The translations under genes and the position numbers were made by a program. This document shows, piece by piece, positions 26,187 to 40,552 of a stretch of DNA of 64,000 bases (positions within the stretch are counted from its first letter, which is position 1; every line of letters starts with the position of its first letter). The stretch covers positions 20,865,279-20,929,278 of the forward strand of contig NC_068996.1 in the NCBI RefSeq assembly GCF_001194135.2. Reading direction: 5' to 3'. The notes beneath the pieces were generated by a model. It did not search any database. It was not told the origin of the DNA and saw only the letters and a program-made list of their open reading frames with translations. Source of the stretch: Octopus bimaculoides (taxonomy: Eukaryota).

Positions 26187-28950
26187 ATATATATAATAAA
26201 ACAAATAATGTGAGTATATGCATATATACATACATGTATGTACCTACATCTACATGTATATATAGATGCATATCTGTGTACAGGACATCACAAAAAAAAA
26301 CGTGGACAAAATGAAAAACAAGAATATAAACAAAGCACGGGAAACAAACTTTTTTTTTCTGACAAAGGTAGGTACACACAGGAAAACAGACAGAGAACAT
26401 TTCCTTCATCAGCTGCCCCTATTCTAAACTAAGTGTTTCAAAGAGTTAGGGCAGGACGAATTGTTAGAATAGCTCTTCCTGCAAAACAAATTAAATAAAA
26501 TTTGTGATGCGGAGGAATTAAGTGGCAAACAGAAAACACAACAGGCAAAACGAAACAGTGAAACAAGCATGGAGGGCTGTTAGGCCAGATGATAAAAAAT
26601 TATATATACTGAATGTTGTGATTTGACAAACTTGAAGGGAAGAGAGAAGAAAGTTCGTGCTTGCTTGGCAGTGACCAATAGAAGAAAGAAAGCAATAGCC
26701 GGTCACATGTGACCAGCAAGGGGTAAGGAGAAAGAGTGGTAGAGAGAGAAAAAAGGGGAGGAAGTTGAACATAGGTGAGCAATGAGAGATAGGGAGGAAG
26801 AGGAGAGAGATATAGTAGTGAAGGGGAGAGGTGAAGAACAACAGAAGGAAGAATGAGAGGGGGAGAAAGATACAAAGATAGATAGAGTGCGCATCAGAAA
26901 TATAAAGTTAAAACTTACTTACAAAAAGGACGCGTGCGTTCGATCATATAATAATACAAATAACATGTGAGTATATGCATATATACATACATGTATGTAT
27001 ATACCTACATCTACATGTATATATAGATGCATATCTAGGTACAGGACGTCACAAAAGAAACATATATATACATATATATACATACATACATATATATATA
27101 ATAAGGATAAGATTGATATTTAAATATCAATTTTATCAAGTGGCCAGCATGGGAATAAAAACCATCAAAGGTAACAATTATTTAGAATTATAATATAGGG
27201 TATCTAAGAGATACCGGTAGGTCAGGTGTTGCAAAGAGTGATCGGTAGAGCAGAAATGGCGTGAGACCGGGGTGTCATTACCGAGTCAGATGTCTTGGAG
27301 GTGTTCCGTGAACCAGTCAGCCAAGCGGCGTCCTGTTTGCCCAATGTATAGAGTAGGGCAGAGAAAGCAGCAAATACATATTCATAAGTATATATATCAT
27401 CATCATCATCATATATATATATNNNNNNNNNNNNNNNNNNNNNNNNNNNNNNNNNNNNNNNNNNNNNNNNNNNNNNNNNNNNNNNNNNNNNNNNNNNNNN
27501 NNNNNNNNNNNNNNNNNNNNNNNNNNNNNNNNNNNNNNNNNNNNNNNNNNNNNNNNNNNNNNNNNNNNNNNNNNNNNNNNNNNNNNNNNNNNNNNNNNNN
27601 NNNNNNNNNNNNNNNNNNNNNNNNNNNNNNNNNNNNNNNNNNNNNNNNNNNNNNNNNNNNNNNNNNNNNNNNNNNNNNNNNNNNNNNNNNNNNNNNNNNN
27701 NNNNNNNNNNNNNNNNNNNNNNNNNNNNNNNNNNNNNNNNNNNNNNNNNNNNNNNNNNNNNNNNNNNNNNNNNNNNNNNNNNNNNNNNNNNNNNNNNNNN
27801 NNNNNNNNNNNNNNNNNNNNNNNNNNNNNNNNNNNNNNNNNNNNNNNNNNNNNNNNNNNNNNNNNNNNNNNNNNNNNNNNNNNNNNNNNNNNNNNNNNNN
27901 NNNNNNNNNNNNNNNNNNNNNNNNNNNNNNNNNNNNNNNNNNNNNNNNNNNNNNNNNNNNNNNNNNNNNNNNNNNNNNNNNNNNNNNNNNNNNNNNNNNN
28001 NNNNNNNNNNNNNNNNNNNNNNNNNNNNNNNNNNNNNNNNNNNNNNNNNNNNNNNNNNNNNNNNNNNNNNNNNNNNNNNNNNNNNNNNNNNNNNNNNNNN
28101 NNNNNNNNNNNNNNNNNNNNNNNNNNNNNNNNNNNNNNNNNNNNNNNNNNNNCACACACACACCCACACACCACACACACACCACACACACACACACACA
28201 TATATTATATATATATATAAAATACAAAAATGGGACAAGAATGCAAAACATCCAGACAGACGATACAAAGAAAACAAGGACAGGTCATTTGGAGTTTTCT
28301 TTGCAATTTTGGCTGGTTTACTCGAGATTGCTCCAATCTAGCCAGTCCCAAGGAAAAACTAAGCTAAGAGCACTAGATTCCTTGGAAGAAAGCAAGGACG
28401 GAAAAAAACAGAGAAATGGTACACAAATATAAATAACAGGACATTAACAACAGGTGCCTTTTGACTAAGGATGAATTAAATTAAGCTGGCGTGTGTGGAA
28501 GTAAAGATTTACGGCAGGGACATAAGATTTGACAGGCACAGGGAGGAATATAGATGTTGCACAGATGGTAGTTGAGCCAAAAAAGAAAGGTCAGGCTTGG
28601 CCAAACACCAGTCATGTGGGAAGAGAAGAGAGAGAGGCAGAGGGATAGAAGAATTAAGGAGAGGTGAGAAAAAAATGTAAGGGACAGAGTGAAGTGGAAG
28701 AGGAGGGAAGGTAAGCATGAAGAGAAGGCCAGGAAATGTGAAAGAGGGGGAGTGAAAGTAGGAAGAGTGGAATGAACAGAGTAAGTGTGAAGGGGCTGAT
28801 AGAAAGAAGGAAAGAATGAAAGAATAAAAAGAATAACAAAGTTGTGCAAAATTTAGATATATATATACTTACATATAAGAGACCAAAGTGTATGTACGCC
28901 GCTATATACATATATACAATACTACATTTTCCTGACACATAACCAATACA
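26187..28950 (-). mobile_element. Penelope-like element cluster (GIY-YIG fragment about 27209-27372 with flanking repeat-like sequence)
   Basis: The minus strand encodes LCPTLYIGQTGRRLADWFTEHLQDI*LGNDTPVSRHFCSTDHSLQHL (YIG motif). A direct repeat of about 110 bp lies at about 26187-26300 and about 26950-27060. Purine-biased similar blocks at 26300-26900 and 28200-28900. Interrupted by a gap. Confidence 0.7.
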
Positions 28951-31900
28951 TATTTCGCCGGTGGCACGTAAAAAGCACCCACTACACTCTTGGAGTGGTT
29001 GGTGTTAGGAAGGGCATCCAGCTGTAGAAAATCTGTCAAATCAGATTGGAGCCTGGTGTAGCCATCTGGTTTCACCAGTCCTCAGTCAAATTGTCCAACC
29101 CATGCTAGCATGGAAAGCGGACGTTAAACGAAGATGATGATGATGATGATGAAAGATCAAGTGAGGTCTACATTAGAAGACAAATTTATAGGAGTGTAAT
29201 GCTGTTGGTACATACACAAAATAACCTAGGAGATAACCAACAAAAGGTAATTTGGTTGAATAATACTTGCCAACACACTATGTTAACTTATGGCTGCTCA
29301 CACGTGTCTATTTTGTCAAGTATGTAGTGAACCACACAACATTATGCTATAGTTCACTACTGTTATGTAGACTAGACTCCTGACAGTTAAGTGTTTTGAT
29401 CATGGACACAACACAATGAACTATACCACACTGTGGTACCTAATTACAGCTAAGTAGACTGGACTGTTGACAATTAAGTGTGTTGGTCATGCACAAAGTA
29501 CAGTGAAATATAGCATACTGTGGTGTAATCAATCAAACAGTCAAATATGTTCCAGCCGTGAATTTCTCATCTTTACATGTTTTCAAGTACAGTGTATTTA
29601 AGAGTACATTATTCAATGGATTCTTTTTTGAACCCGTGTTACCATATTTTTTCATTCAATTAATTCCAGAAATAATAAAGAATAGAATAAAATATCTTTA
29701 TCATTATTAAGTTGATACTTGGAACATGAATTAACATGAAATTTTAATAGGAATTTTCAAAATTTAGATCACTTTAAAACAAGAAATCTGTATCATAAAA
29801 TGAAAGGTGATCTTCCAGTATCAAATGGGTTGAGGACCTAGGGAGATGTATTTGCTGTTTATAACAGATTGACTGACCACATAGAAACCTGTTCATATGA
29901 TATCCACTGGTGATACAGGATTAAATTATGATTCACTCATTATAATTTGATATATGTATATATATATATATATGTGTGTATATATATATATGTGTGTGTA
30001 TATATATATATATATGAATATGTTTAAAGTTTTTATATTGAGATTTGAGGCTAAAACATTTCAAATTTCAAAAGAAATATGTTCAGTAAATGAATTATCA
30101 TGGTGTTAATTATTACAATCATCTTGTTTCTTAAGATCCTTTTAAATTTCATGTGTTGTACTGGTGTTCTCTCTTCAAGTTTGAAGAGTGTTAGAGTCTG
30201 AGAGAACCAGGCAAATAAAGGTAGTTAACATGGTTGATGCATTCATTTGCAATATCATGATATTCTGGTCTTTGGGGTTCTAACTATAGGTTTGAGAGGA
30301 ATTAATGGATATTATTGCTAAGTATGTCACATAGGCATGTTAAAAACAAAATGTTCTTTGATGATAGACGCACTTATAAGTATACATTATTTTTCTGTCC
30401 TATCACTGATCTCATTTCACATGTTGATGATGTGATCAATTGAACACTTCATCAGGTCTTATAACTGTCACGAAGATAGTTGGTGGATTCTAGATATAGT
30501 ATACGAAGAGCTGGAACAGATGACACAATAACAATTCTGCTACTCAGGGCCTCTGAGAAGAATATGACTATGGGATGGTGTCTTATTTCAAACTTTAAAG
30601 GGTACTGAGATTCTTTTTTTTTTAGGGAGGAGACTAGCAGATAGATACAAGCCCCTTCTTTGCAACGTACAGACTAACCCACTCCCTGTCATCTCGTAGG
30701 TCCTATTACCAATCCCCTGTCTTGGGTTGGCACTTTATTTATCAACCCCGAGAAGATAAAAAAGTTGACCTCAGAACAAATACTGCAAGATATTCTATCA
30801 AATGCTCTGATGGCTCTGTTAAATTATGCACCACCATAAGAAAAAGACTAAATGTGTGTTTATTCACACATAAATATTCAAACTCTTAGCACACCGTAGT
30901 CACTACATTGCATAAGGGACATAACTCCTCGTGTCGGCCTTAAATCTTGATAATGAAATGAAAGTAGAGTCCTCAATCCTCTCATATTTTTTATTCATCA
31001 GTGTGAGGAGAAGAATAAAGGACAGCGAACTGTAGCAATATACAATGATTACAATCATCTTGCTAATAATAATTGCGAGAAAATAATACAAGAGAAATTA
31101 ATCTCAATAAGATAAATGTCTGAAGAAAATAGGACATGGAAGAATATATTATATAAAATATTTCCAAGAATCTAAAACCAATGATGAAAATGATAATAAA
31201 CAATATCCCTAAATGCTAGCCATTATCATTTTACTTTAATTTTACTTCAAATTACATGATGCTAGTTTCACCCACAGTACAACATGCACTTAACTACAAA
31301 CTCACATGGGTCTATGAGGGAACTTCTATGTGGCTGTTCAACCTGATATAACTAGCAGCCAGAATCCTCTCAATTCAAACAAACACTAGTCTTAAAAACA
31401 GATACATTTGAATGTAGTCAAAGATACACTATGTCTGAACCCCCCCCCCAAAAAAAAAAGATGACAGCAAACACTACTGTCTTAAAAACAGACATATTTG
31501 ATAATATAGTCCAAGATACATTATGCCTGAAAAAGATGACAATGTTCATGATTGGAAATCTCTTTCAGCACATGCTTGCTTGATCAGGCAGACATTGTGT
31601 TTTAACAAAAATAATAGCAACCACAAACAAAGGAATCGTAAGTGGGTGAATGAGTACAGACCACAGAGTGATGAGTTTTCAATTTATTATTAAAACTACT
31701 GTGTTTCTGGAGATGATGATGATGATGATGAGGACAACGTAACTGAATACACAACCACACCTCAAAAGGGAACACGTCCTCATACTTTGCTTATCTTTTC
31801 TTCTCATGTGTCAATGTCAAAGTAGATAAGAATGTTTACTCTCATTTAGAAATACAAGGTTCCCGGTCCAAATCTGATGAAGACTGAAGATCACTTGGAA

Positions 31901-32040
31901 CAACACAATGTAGATGTAAGTATAGATTCTAATGACAGGTCAACAGATTATGAAATTATCATCTGGCATACCAATTTTAATATCACTAATATTCTCAAAA
32001 AGAAAGAAGCCATCATTGTCATTATTGTTGTCATTGTTAT

Positions 32041-33342
32041 TATGAGGTGGGTATCCAAAAGAAACCAGAATTTTGCAATATTGGTTTATTCACTCAGTTT
32101 TACATGTTTACACTTTTATCACCTTCAAAGTATTCTCCATTTGAAGCAATGCATCGGTCCAGATGTGTTTTTTCACTGTTCGAAGCAGTCCTGGAACTCT
32201 TGTCAAGTGAAGCCTTTTAATGCCTCCATTATTTTCTTCTTCACCTCTTCCACATCTGCAAAACGTTTTCCTTTAACGACTTTTTTTTCATTTGGAGGAA
32301 CAAAAAAAAGTTGCAGGGAGCAAGGTCAGGTGAAGAGGGAGGGTGGGTAATCAGAGTCATGCTATTCTTGGTCAAAAACTGTTTCACGCTCAAGGTGGTG
32401 TGCACAGGTGCATTGTCGTGATTAAACGATCACTTTCCATTTTGCCACAGGTTGGGGCGTTTTCAGCTCACTGTGTCTCGCAAAGTCTCAGAACATCCAA
32501 GTAAAATGTCTGGTTAACAGTTTGACCAGGAGGAACAAATTCTGTGTAGACAATTCCTTTCACATCGATGAAACAAATCAGCATGATTTTGACATTGGAC
32601 TTCATTTGACACACTTTTTTCGGGTGTTGTGACATTGAATGCCCCTATTGACTTCATTGCTGTTTTGTTTCCAGGTCGTAGTACCAACTCTCATCACCAG
32701 TGATGACCTTTGAAAAAAGGTCTGATTAACTTACATCTGTTCTTTCAGTTTATGGGTCACACATTCAGTTGTGACTGCTTTTGATTTTCCATAAGCAAGT
32801 CAGACATAAATTTTTCTGCAACTCTTTTCATTCACAATTCCTTGCTCAAAATTCATTGGTAGGATCTCCAGGACATACCAGTCATATCAACAAGTTCGTC
32901 AATTGCTTGATGACGGTCCTCCAAGATCAGTTTATGAATTTTCATGATGTTTTCATCCATTTGGGAGGTCAACAGTTGCTCTGAACAAGGTTGGTCTTCA
33001 AGCAATAAGTGACCATTCCTAAAGCGTGAAAACCACTTGTAAACTTGTTTTTACTTGTGATAAGCTGTTTGAAGCATTACAATTGTTTTGGCTCCGGTTT
33101 TTCCCAGCAGGAAACAGAATTTCATGGAAAGACGCTGTTCCTTCATTTCTGCCATCACAAAAATTGATGAACAGGGGAAAAGCACTGCAAAACAATGACG
33201 CACCACATGGCAGTATGACCTCACACACTGCCACCTGTTGGCAGACTGATGTCTGAGGCTTGCATCAAGTGGCTTCTAGCAATGGAAGTCTGAACTGACC
33301 CCCCAGACAATGTTTCCAGTTACATTTGCGTACCTTCCCATA
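32041..33342 (-). mobile_element. Full-length decayed mariner (about 1.3 kb); transposase pseudogene about 32100-33155
   Basis: Starts MAEMKEQRLSMKFCFLLGKTG. C-terminus HPPSSPDLAPCNFFLF...LDRCIASNGEYFEGD. Degenerate TIRs with TA at both ends. Confidence 0.85.
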
Positions 33343-33354
33343 TTATCATTATTA

Positions 33355-33575
33355 TTAAGGTGGTGAGCTGGTAGAATCATTAGCATGCCGGGCAAAATGC
33401 TTAGTGGTATTTCATCTGTCACAACATTCTGAGTTCAAACACTGCCGAGGTCGACTTTGACTTTCATCCTTTCAGGGTTGATAAATTAAGTGCCAGTGAA
33501 ACACTGGAATCAATGTAACCGATTATACCCCTCTCCCAAATATCAGGCCTTGTGCCTATAGCAGAAAGGATTATT
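33355..33575 (+). mobile_element. tRNA-derived SINE family A copy
   Basis: Head ggtggtgagctggtagaa...gagttcaaa and central ctttcatcctttcagggttgataaattaagt. Partial or degenerate relatives at about 654-830, 34575-34785, 35270-35420, 35650-35830. Confidence 0.75.
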
Positions 33576-33749
33576 ATCATTATTACCTCCACCTTAGCGA
33601 AGGTGGCGATACTGTTTTCAGTCATGTTTGTTTGTTTGTCCATGGACAAGATATCTCAAGAACTGCTGGATGGATTCAGATGAGACTTTGAGGGATGTTG
33701 GTCCTTGTGACTGGCACAAACTGATTAGATTTTGGGATCGATCCAGTAC

Positions 33750-34343
33750 ATAGCATCAGCGTGATCGTTACCAACGTTGCCTTCCTGGCACTTGTGCCAG
33801 TGGCACGTAAAATACACCATTTCGAGCGTGGCCGTTGCCAGTACCGCCTGACTGGCCTTCATGCTGGTGGCACGTAAAAGCACCCACTACACTCTTGGAG
33901 TGGTTGGCGTTAGGAAGGGCATCCAGCTGTAGAAACTCTGCCAAATCAGATTGGAACCTGGTGTAGCCACCTGGTCCACCAGTCCTCGGTTAAATCGTCC
34001 AACCCATGCTAGCATGGAAAGTGGACGTTAAACGACGATGATGATGATGATATATATATATATATATATTTTCTTGCTGTATTTTGCATCTGTGATTTTA
34101 TTTCTGATGTTCTATATAAATAAAGGTATTTTCTTCGTTTTGCTTTTCTTTCTACGAAATGAGAAGATACATTGTGGAACTGTTATTTGAATGAGTTGTA
34201 TCTGTTTATTACCCGATGAGACACATCTGCACCACCAGATGCTCCTGAACCAGTTATTAAGTGTCCCACCCAACCGATGCTAGATGTGTTGATACAATTG
34301 TCGTAATTAATAATTAAAATTCTAGTATATTTTATCTTTCATT

Positions 34344-34380
<37 letters not shown>

Positions 34381-34530
34381 CAACGGGCTTCTTTCAGTTT
34401 CCATCTATCAAATCCACTCACAAGGCTTTGGTTGACCCAAGGATATAGTAGGGTACCACACTGTGGAGCTAACCCTGGAGCCATATGATTGGGAAGCAAA
34501 GTTCTTATCACACAGTCATACCTAATAATA

Positions 34531-34571
<41 letters not shown>

Positions 34572-34783
34572 CCTTTCTTATAAAGGCACAAGGCGTGAAA
34601 TTTTGTGGGAGGGGACTAGTCGATTACATCGACCACAATGCATAACTGGCATTTATTTCATCAACCATGAAAGGATGAAAGGTAAAGTTGACCTCGGCAG
34701 AATTTGAACTCAGAATATAAGGACAGACGAAATACCGCTAAGCATTTTGCCTGGTGTGCTAATGATTCTGCCAGCTTGTCACC

Positions 34784-34837
<54 letters not shown>

Positions 34838-35200
34838 TGGCACCTGTGCCCAGCGTCGCCTTTCTGACATTTGTGCCCGCGGCATGTGTAAGGACTTTCG
34901 AGCGAGATCATTGCCAGTGCCACTGGACTGGTTCCTGTGCAGGTGGCATCATGTAAAAAACACCATTTAAGCATGGCCATTGCCAGTACCTCCTGACTGG
35001 CCTTCGTGCGGGTGACACGTAAAAGCACCCACTACACTCTCTGAGTAGTTGGCGTTAGGAAGGGCATCCAGCTGTAGAAACTCTGCCAAATCAGATTGGA
35101 GCCTGGTGTAGCCATCTGGTTTCACCAGTCCTCAGTCAAATCGTCTAACCCATGCTAGCATGGAAAGCGGATGTTAAACGATGATGATGATGATGATGAT
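33750..35200 (+). repeat. Two RTE-3'UTR copies (about 33750-34050 and 34837-35200) among (AAT)n, (AT)n and (GAT)n tracts
   Basis: Same conserved core and tail as the other family members. Confidence 0.85.
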
Positions 35201-35942
35201 AATAATAATAATGATAATAATAATAATAATTATAAAATTATAATAACAATGATTGATGATGATGATAATGTATTCTACTGCAGGTACAAACCTAAAATTT
35301 AGGGGAGAATATTAGTCAATTACATTGACCTCAGTACTCTATTGACACTTATTTTATTGACCCCAAAAGGATGATAGGCTAAGTCAACTTTGGCAGTATT
35401 TAAACTCAGAATGTAAAGAGTCACACATTGTTAACCTGAAATCACCTGATTTCAAAACTAAAATATTACAAATTTAACAGAACCTTAGTTCTCAGACTGT
35501 GGTCTCCTTCCTGTACAATATATCAGTTCTAATCATAAATAACACCCATAGTAAAATGTCCAGCTTGTTGTTACTTGAGGTCTCTGAGACTTCCAACAGC
35601 TTATATAAAATCAAAGCAGCAACAAGTGTAAATAATAATAATTCTTTCTACTATAGGCACAAGGCTCAAAATTTTGTGTGTGTGTGTGTNNNNNNNNNNT
35701 GGTTGATTACATTTACCTCAGTGCTCTACTGGTACTTATTTAGCAACTCTGAAAGGATAAAAGGCATAGTCAAACTCAGTAGAATTTGAATTGAGAATGT
35801 AAAGATGGCTGAAATGCTACTAAGCATTCTGTCAGGCAGAGGAGACAGTGGCACTGCTATCAACAACAGTTCTCAAGTTCATTGAGACTGAATACCTGTA
35901 ATAAAAGGGTAACAGTATAAAAGCAAAAGAACAACTTTTTAC

Positions 35943-36038
35943 CTTTGTCACTGATCAAAGACATTTCCATCATTGTAGACATAAGGCTCTTTTGTTCTGT
36001 CAACATGTGGCTCAGCTGGTACATTTCTCCTTCAAGAA
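35943..36038 (-). CDS. EXOC8: EXOC8 coding exon 3 (96 nt, phase 1-1): (V)LEGEMYQLSHMLTEQKSLMSTMMEMSLISDK
   Basis: Acceptor ttttgaattgtag and donor G|gtaaaa. Matches human LESEMYQLSHLLTEQKS. Not in the ORF track. Confidence 0.97.
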
Positions 36039-37260
36039 CTACAATTCAAAACATAAAAAATTTACAAAATGAGATTATTAATTTTACTGCCATATTATAT
36101 TTTAGGGACTCCATCAGGAGCAAATGCAAGTGTAGATTATTAAGAAGAGAAAGGATAGTACACAACATTTTGCAGGAGGAAACAAACAACTGCATTTTAC
36201 AGCTGACTCCTCCCCACAACAGATATCCCTTTCACTCTCGCTTTCTTTCTCTCTCTCTGTCTGTCAACATAGCCACAGTGTATCAAAACTCAAAAGATCA
36301 ATATTTATTTGATTTGCCATGCATACATGGTTGTCTGGTTTCTTCATTAGGGAAGGGGATAATGGACAGCTACTAGTTGACACTGCGGGTAAAGAATATC
36401 AAAATAGACGAAAAAATTGGGGAACAATAACCAACACATCTCAAGAAATGCTTTCAAGTTTATACTAGCCTCTCATATGAGCGACTTTCTGAAGATGCCA
36501 TAGTAGCTCCCTAGAAATGACATTATATCAGATATTAATGTCACTATCTCCTTATCACTCATATTCTCTTCTATTTGCAATATTATTCTGCTAGTATCAC
36601 AAAGGAAGACAGTACCCAAAACACCATATCACTCTTTCAATGCTGCCACCCATCATTTCCTTTCCTTCTAACCACTAGCTGTCAAATTCCATTACTTTTA
36701 TCATTATCTACCTCCATTACTATCCCTCACACACACTCTCTCTCTCCCTCTGCCACCTTTTTAGTCCAGTCACTTTTTACCATCAAACATTTTTCTTCTA
36801 TCATTGCCCACCCCCTCCTCTACTTGCCTCAGATATGTTACCTTGAGTGACCAAATTTATCGTGAAGGAGTACGAACATTTTAGTCTAATGGGATACAAA
36901 GTTGCCCCCACTATAAAACAGTCCACTCTGTTGAATGGCTGGCAGATGAGCAGGATCAATGTAGGGTAGAGAGAACCTGATAATATAGGGGTGAGAGGAT
37001 TCCTCTGTGTTGTCAAGAATATGACAACCTCTTAATTGTTGATGACATGATAAAATGCACCTAAGTCACTCTATAATGTGGTTGGTGAATGAGAGGATAA
37101 AGTGGACTCCTTAAGCGTCTGAAAGATAGCTATCTGTCTATTGCTAATGCTATGAAAACATTCACCCAGTATATTCTGTAAAGATGTTGGCACTAGTAAG
37201 GGCATCCGACTGTAGAAACCATGCCAAAGCAGACAGTGGAGATTGCTGCAGACAGTTTCT

Positions 37261-37491
37261 TATTTCTTTATTGCCCACAAGGGGCTAAACATAGAGGGGA
37301 CAAACAAGGACAGACAAAGGGATTAAGTCGATTACATCGACCCCAATGCGTAACTGGTACTTAATTTATCGACCCCGAAAGGATGAAAGGCAAAGTTGAC
37401 CTCAGGGGAATTTGAACTCAGACCGTAACGGTAGACGAAATACCGCTAAGCATTTCGCCTGGCATGCTAATGTTTCTGCCAGCTCGCCGCC
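37261..37491 (-). mobile_element. SINE family A, full copy with TSD, nested in an RTE-UTR copy
   Basis: 18-bp direct repeat TTGCTGCAGACAGTTTCT at 37243-37260 and 37492-37509. Confidence 0.9.
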
Positions 37492-39224
37492 TTGCTGCAG
37501 ACAGTTTCTGTTGAACCATCCAACATAGAAAATGGACATTAAATGATGGTGATGATGATGCTAGTCCAGCAGAGACATTTATTGATTTTTGTTTGAAATT
37601 TACAAAAAATTAAATGAAAACATGCTGTATCTCTTAATGGAATGTTGGATTATTGATGAATATTTCATCTTCAAGAGAAATCAACATGCCAGAGCACATC
37701 CTCTTGCTGCTATTTGTAGCTATGATGAAGGAATGGTTCAGTTTTATTACAGTTTAGCTACATTCTAGAGTGTTTACATGTAAAAAGAGATTAGCAAAAA
37801 TTTATAGCTGCCAGGTTTTATTTTGCTCCGTAAAACTTTATTCAAGGAATTTAAAGCTCTGTCCTAGAGAGTCAAAGAAAATATTTTGAACAAAAGGAAA
37901 ATTTAATTATGGATATTTTGAATCACATTAAGAATAAATTGTTGATGAAATCAAAAAAAGACACTGATGACATTACATATGAGGTTTCCAAGAGAAAATC
38001 ATCTTCATCATTGTGATCATCATTCTTTTAACATCTACTTTTCCATGCTTGCATGAATTAGATGGAATTTTGTGGAACTTTGCAGGAAGCAGTTTCTGAC
38101 ACTAACCACCTTCACTTGTTTCCAAGTAAGGTTAATATTTCCCTATCATCAAACACATTTCCACAGAAGATTGTTTACAATTATTATGCAATAAGACAAG
38201 AAGACAGCAACATACATAAGCAAGCACACACATATACATATTTATATCTGTCTATATCCCTTTAGTATTCAGATTATTCTATCAAATGTAATATCTATTA
38301 ACCATATTGTTTTGAAATAATCAAGTATCATCTTGTCACTTTGAGACTTTGATGTTGTGATTGTTTAGTTTCAGAATGACAATGTAGTGTAGATGGGGGA
38401 GGCCAGATTGGCCAGTTTGAATGTAAAACATAGAATAATTTAGCCGGACAGGATCAGTTTAAATGCTAAAGGGTTAAATATATATAGAGAAAGATATGTC
38501 AATTTAATATTTCAACTTACTATTTCTAATATGGTGATATCACAAGGCTGAGTCTTATGAATGCCTTAAAACAATTATTCATAATCCATCACTGGTATTG
38601 CTATGTTTACTTAGCAAAGACAATTGAAGGGTGTGAAAATAGTGACGGCTCCAGAATGGCAACTTTTACATGAGTAATGGAGAATTTAGCTAAATATTCT
38701 CCTCCTTTGTTTCACAGGAGACTTATCATCATCACCATCATCATTCTTACACCCACTTCTCTACGCTTTTGAAATATCAAAAGATAAATTTAAGGGCAAA
38801 AGTGATGAAATTCTGTTAATATTTCCCCAACTCTTTTGCTAACGTGTTTCTTTTGAAATACAATGCCTTTGTTTCAATGAATTTTTAAAATAATGAAGAA
38901 TTTAATAAAATAACTTATGTTTGGAACATAACATGAATTATGATGGAGAGTTTTAATTTTGATCACTTTAATCCTTTTCTTACCCTATTTCTGCTGACAG
39001 ACTATCTTTGTTTCAATGAATTTTGAAAATAGTGACGACTTTTTTTAGTAATATAACTTAGGCATCATTAAGTTGGTGCTTGGAACATTAATTAACAAGG
39101 AATTTTGATGGATGATTTTAATTTAGATCACCATAATGTAATTTCTGCTGTAGCACCTACAATTATCAAGATAAAAATGAAACAATATTCTCTAGAGAGA
39201 CAAAAGAAAACTGAAATAATATAC

Positions 39225-39377
39225 CTGAAATTTCTTTGGCTGTTTCTATGAATTGGGAATAATTTTTATAAACATTTTTCTTCAATGCTTGAGCAGTTTC
39301 ATCAGCAAGAATCTGAACGTTCTGTTTTGTTTCCAAGAGTTTATCTTCTCCATCTTCAGAGGAAATATTACTGACAT
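39225..39377 (-). CDS. EXOC8: EXOC8 coding exon 2 (153 nt, phase 1-1): (Y)VSNISSEDGEDKLLETKQNVQILADETAQALKKNVYKNYSQFIETAKEIS
   Basis: Acceptor tctctttcattag and donor G|gtatat. Close match to human EXOC8 IQALAEETAQNLKRNVYQNYRQFIETAREIS (recalled sequence). Confidence 0.97.
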
Positions 39378-40298
39378 CTAATGAAAGAGACAAAGAAAAG
39401 AGAAATATATAAATAATTTGAAGTTATTGGACATGTAAAGTTGTAGAAGTTGGTAATGTGTATGAGGGGATGCTGATAAGTTCCTGGCTTTAAGGGTATC
39501 ATAAAAGGCCTGGTTGGAGGCCCAACCATCCAAGTTCTTTTACAGGGCTTAGAAAAACTGAAGGACTGCATCAATAAGTGTATAAATCTGAGAAGGAAAT
39601 ATGTTAAATAAAGTCATAATTAACTGATCCTCCTATATTTTCTTTAAACCAAAGGCAGGAAAACTTTTCAGCACCCCCTCATAGGTGTGTGTGTTTGTGC
39701 ATGTGAATACAGCATCAGAGAATGCTTAAGAAGTTCCCTTTGCAATCCTGAGGTTCAATCCCACAGTGTAACATTTTGGGCAAGTGTGATGCATGGATAC
39801 ATCTGATGGTCCCAACTTCAGCAGCGCATATTCAGGAAAAAAAACAACACATTTTTAGCATTTCAAAGCATGTAATACTGACTCAACTTTGCATGTGGAA
39901 CCTGAGACAGATAACCTTTTGAGACATTTTTGGGAAAAAAAAAGTGTTTCTTATATGCCATCAAATACAGTAAACAGTGATTAACAATTCATTCACCATT
40001 AATTCAGAAAAAAGTGAATGTTCATTATTTACATTATATTACTTATAAAATATAATAAAAATAAATTATCTATGCATGTTTATTAAGCTGCGAAACAATT
40101 GTTGTTAAATAAGAATTTCCAATTGCAAAACAAATTTTATCATAGTGTATTTCTATCATTATTTATTATTTTATACACTCCTTATCCTTTTCTCTTGTAT
40201 CGTATTATGTATTCTATGTTTTATAGAATGATACATTAAGGAGCTTTATTTATGAGTACCACTGGATTAGTTGAATCCATACATTGTGACTTAAATTC

Positions 40299-40345
<47 letters not shown>

Positions 40346-40552
40346 CACATGCACACACACACACGCACGCACATTAGGATGCACACATGGTCAATTGGTT
40401 TAGAAGTTAGCTTCACATGTATGAGGTTCCAGTTTGATTCCAAAATGTAGGATTTGGGGCAAAATCATTTTAACATAGTTTTAGGTTGTGCCAGGACTTG
40501 TGAGTAAATTTGGTAGAAGTAAAATGTGAGGAAGCCTGTTAAATGGAGTACA

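Noticed and set aside
31877-32350. 157-aa plus-strand ORF
   Set aside because: Low-complexity start running antisense into the mariner relic; no recognisable domain.
35945-36376. 143-aa plus-strand ORF
   Set aside because: It is the antisense shadow of EXOC8 exon 3 extended into intron; no independent support.
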